From the human T2T-CHM13v2.0 reference genome, Homo sapiens: a stretch of 64,000 bases of DNA. Shown here piece by piece: positions 62,801 through 64,000 of this stretch. The notes under the pieces are model-generated. The model did no database searches. It was given only the letters and a program-made list of their open reading frames with translations, and was not told where the DNA came from. Location: the NCBI RefSeq assembly GCF_009914755.1, contig NC_060946.1. The stretch is one strand, 5' to 3'. A program made the translations under genes and the position numbers. Numbering within the stretch: position 1 is the first letter of the stretch; every line of letters starts with the position of its first letter.

Positions 62801-64000
62801 GGTTGACTCTGCTCTGCATCCAGTTCAAAGCCAGGGATGAGTAGGCTCCTCTTTCCACCACCCCAGTCTACACCTGAAAGTTTGTTTCTATAAAATGTGA
62901 CTTGTCTGTTGCCCACTTTCGCATTCCCGTCTCCTCCTTCCAAGAAGGATGTGAGGCTCAGCGTTGATGCACACGAAGAGACTTTTGGCATCGCCCAGGC
63001 TAATTTCATCACTTCAAGGAGAAAATGATGCCTGCTTCCAATTTCTAACACTCTCATCGTTTCCCCTTCATTTCATTCTTTTGCATTTTCCGGACAGTGC
63101 TGCAGTCTGCAAGCCTGCAAAATATATTGCACTGGCTACCTGAGAAATGTAATCCCTTCCTGCAACCTGCCTTTCCCTTCTTCCTGACAAAGCGCTTTTT
63201 AGTGTTTCAGTGTTCACAGAAGAGGCAAAGGTTCTCTCCCCTAACCCTTTTTCTGCCCTGGGTTCCCTGCACAATGCAGTGGTTGGGGGCTGGTGAGAAT
63301 GGAGTTTTGCATTTGTAAGTTTGTCATTCAGGCACGTTAGTTAATTGATCATACTTGGGAGGTTTCATCCTTAATTGCAAATTCCTGCACCATCACAAAA
63401 CATACACTTGAACTGATCATAAAAATGGCAAAACCCCAATATCAGACTTAAGTGTAGAATTGCCATAGTGCTGATTTGATTATGCTTCAGTGACATCTGT
63501 TTAATAGATTTCCACAAGAACTGTAAATCCACATTTACTTTCTTTGCAAATTGTATTTGAATCCTGAGCAACCACAGCCCTCTAGCCTCTTCCCCTCCCT
63601 AGCCATGTATGTGCTAAACCCCCATTCCTGTTGAGTGTGACTTGATATATAAGCGGGAAGGGGACACGATGCTGAGTTTTACACATTTACCTCCTATTTC
63701 CTTTTGTGTGTGGATATGTCTGTGTGCATGTTTGAAACAGATCTGAACAGCTTCCCATTTCAACTCCATAGATACGTGACTCTCCAAGTGCTTTATTTTG
63801 AAAACTAGGACGTAGCACTTTGCAGAAGAAAAATCAGTCCACTTGCTATTATTTATGTGATCGCTGATCTGCTAGATGGATATAGAAAGCACCAAGAATT
63901 ATAATAATTTATGGAGTGGAGCACTGGTTTACAAACATATTTCTCTGCCCGAGCTTTGTGTGTTTCTTTGCGTCTCGGGGCTCGTTCTGTGCAATGGGAA

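Overview
This is mammalian DNA, almost certainly human or great ape, and essentially non-coding. The first ~43.5 kb is very Alu-dense (38 of the ~40 Alus I count) and also holds old L1, L2, MIR, LTR (THE1, MLT1, MLT2, LTR16) and DNA-transposon (MER82, MER63, MER102-like) remnants. The last ~20 kb is GC-richer and Alu-poor. It contains three minisatellites and a strong CpG-island promoter (~58.3-59.5 kb) with a probable non-coding + strand first exon ending at a CAG|GTAGGA donor (59242/59243), followed by a largely repeat-free intron rich in homeodomain motifs. I cannot name the gene from sequence alone. No ORF in the supplied track is a credible complete protein; they come from Alus, low-complexity tracts, minisatellites or the stop-poor CpG island. 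The best leads are regulatory or structural: a near-consensus CTCF site with its upstream module (35.6 kb), a candidate upstream coding first exon (44.0 kb), a 16-bp TGACCT minisatellite (47.1 kb), a 380-bp polypyrimidine tract grown from an Alu tail (33.3 kb), a multi-layer nested transposon (18.6-20.2 kb) and several motif-dense unique segments. I see no evidence of a novel gene system. Repeat family names come from recalled consensus sequences and boundaries are approximate.
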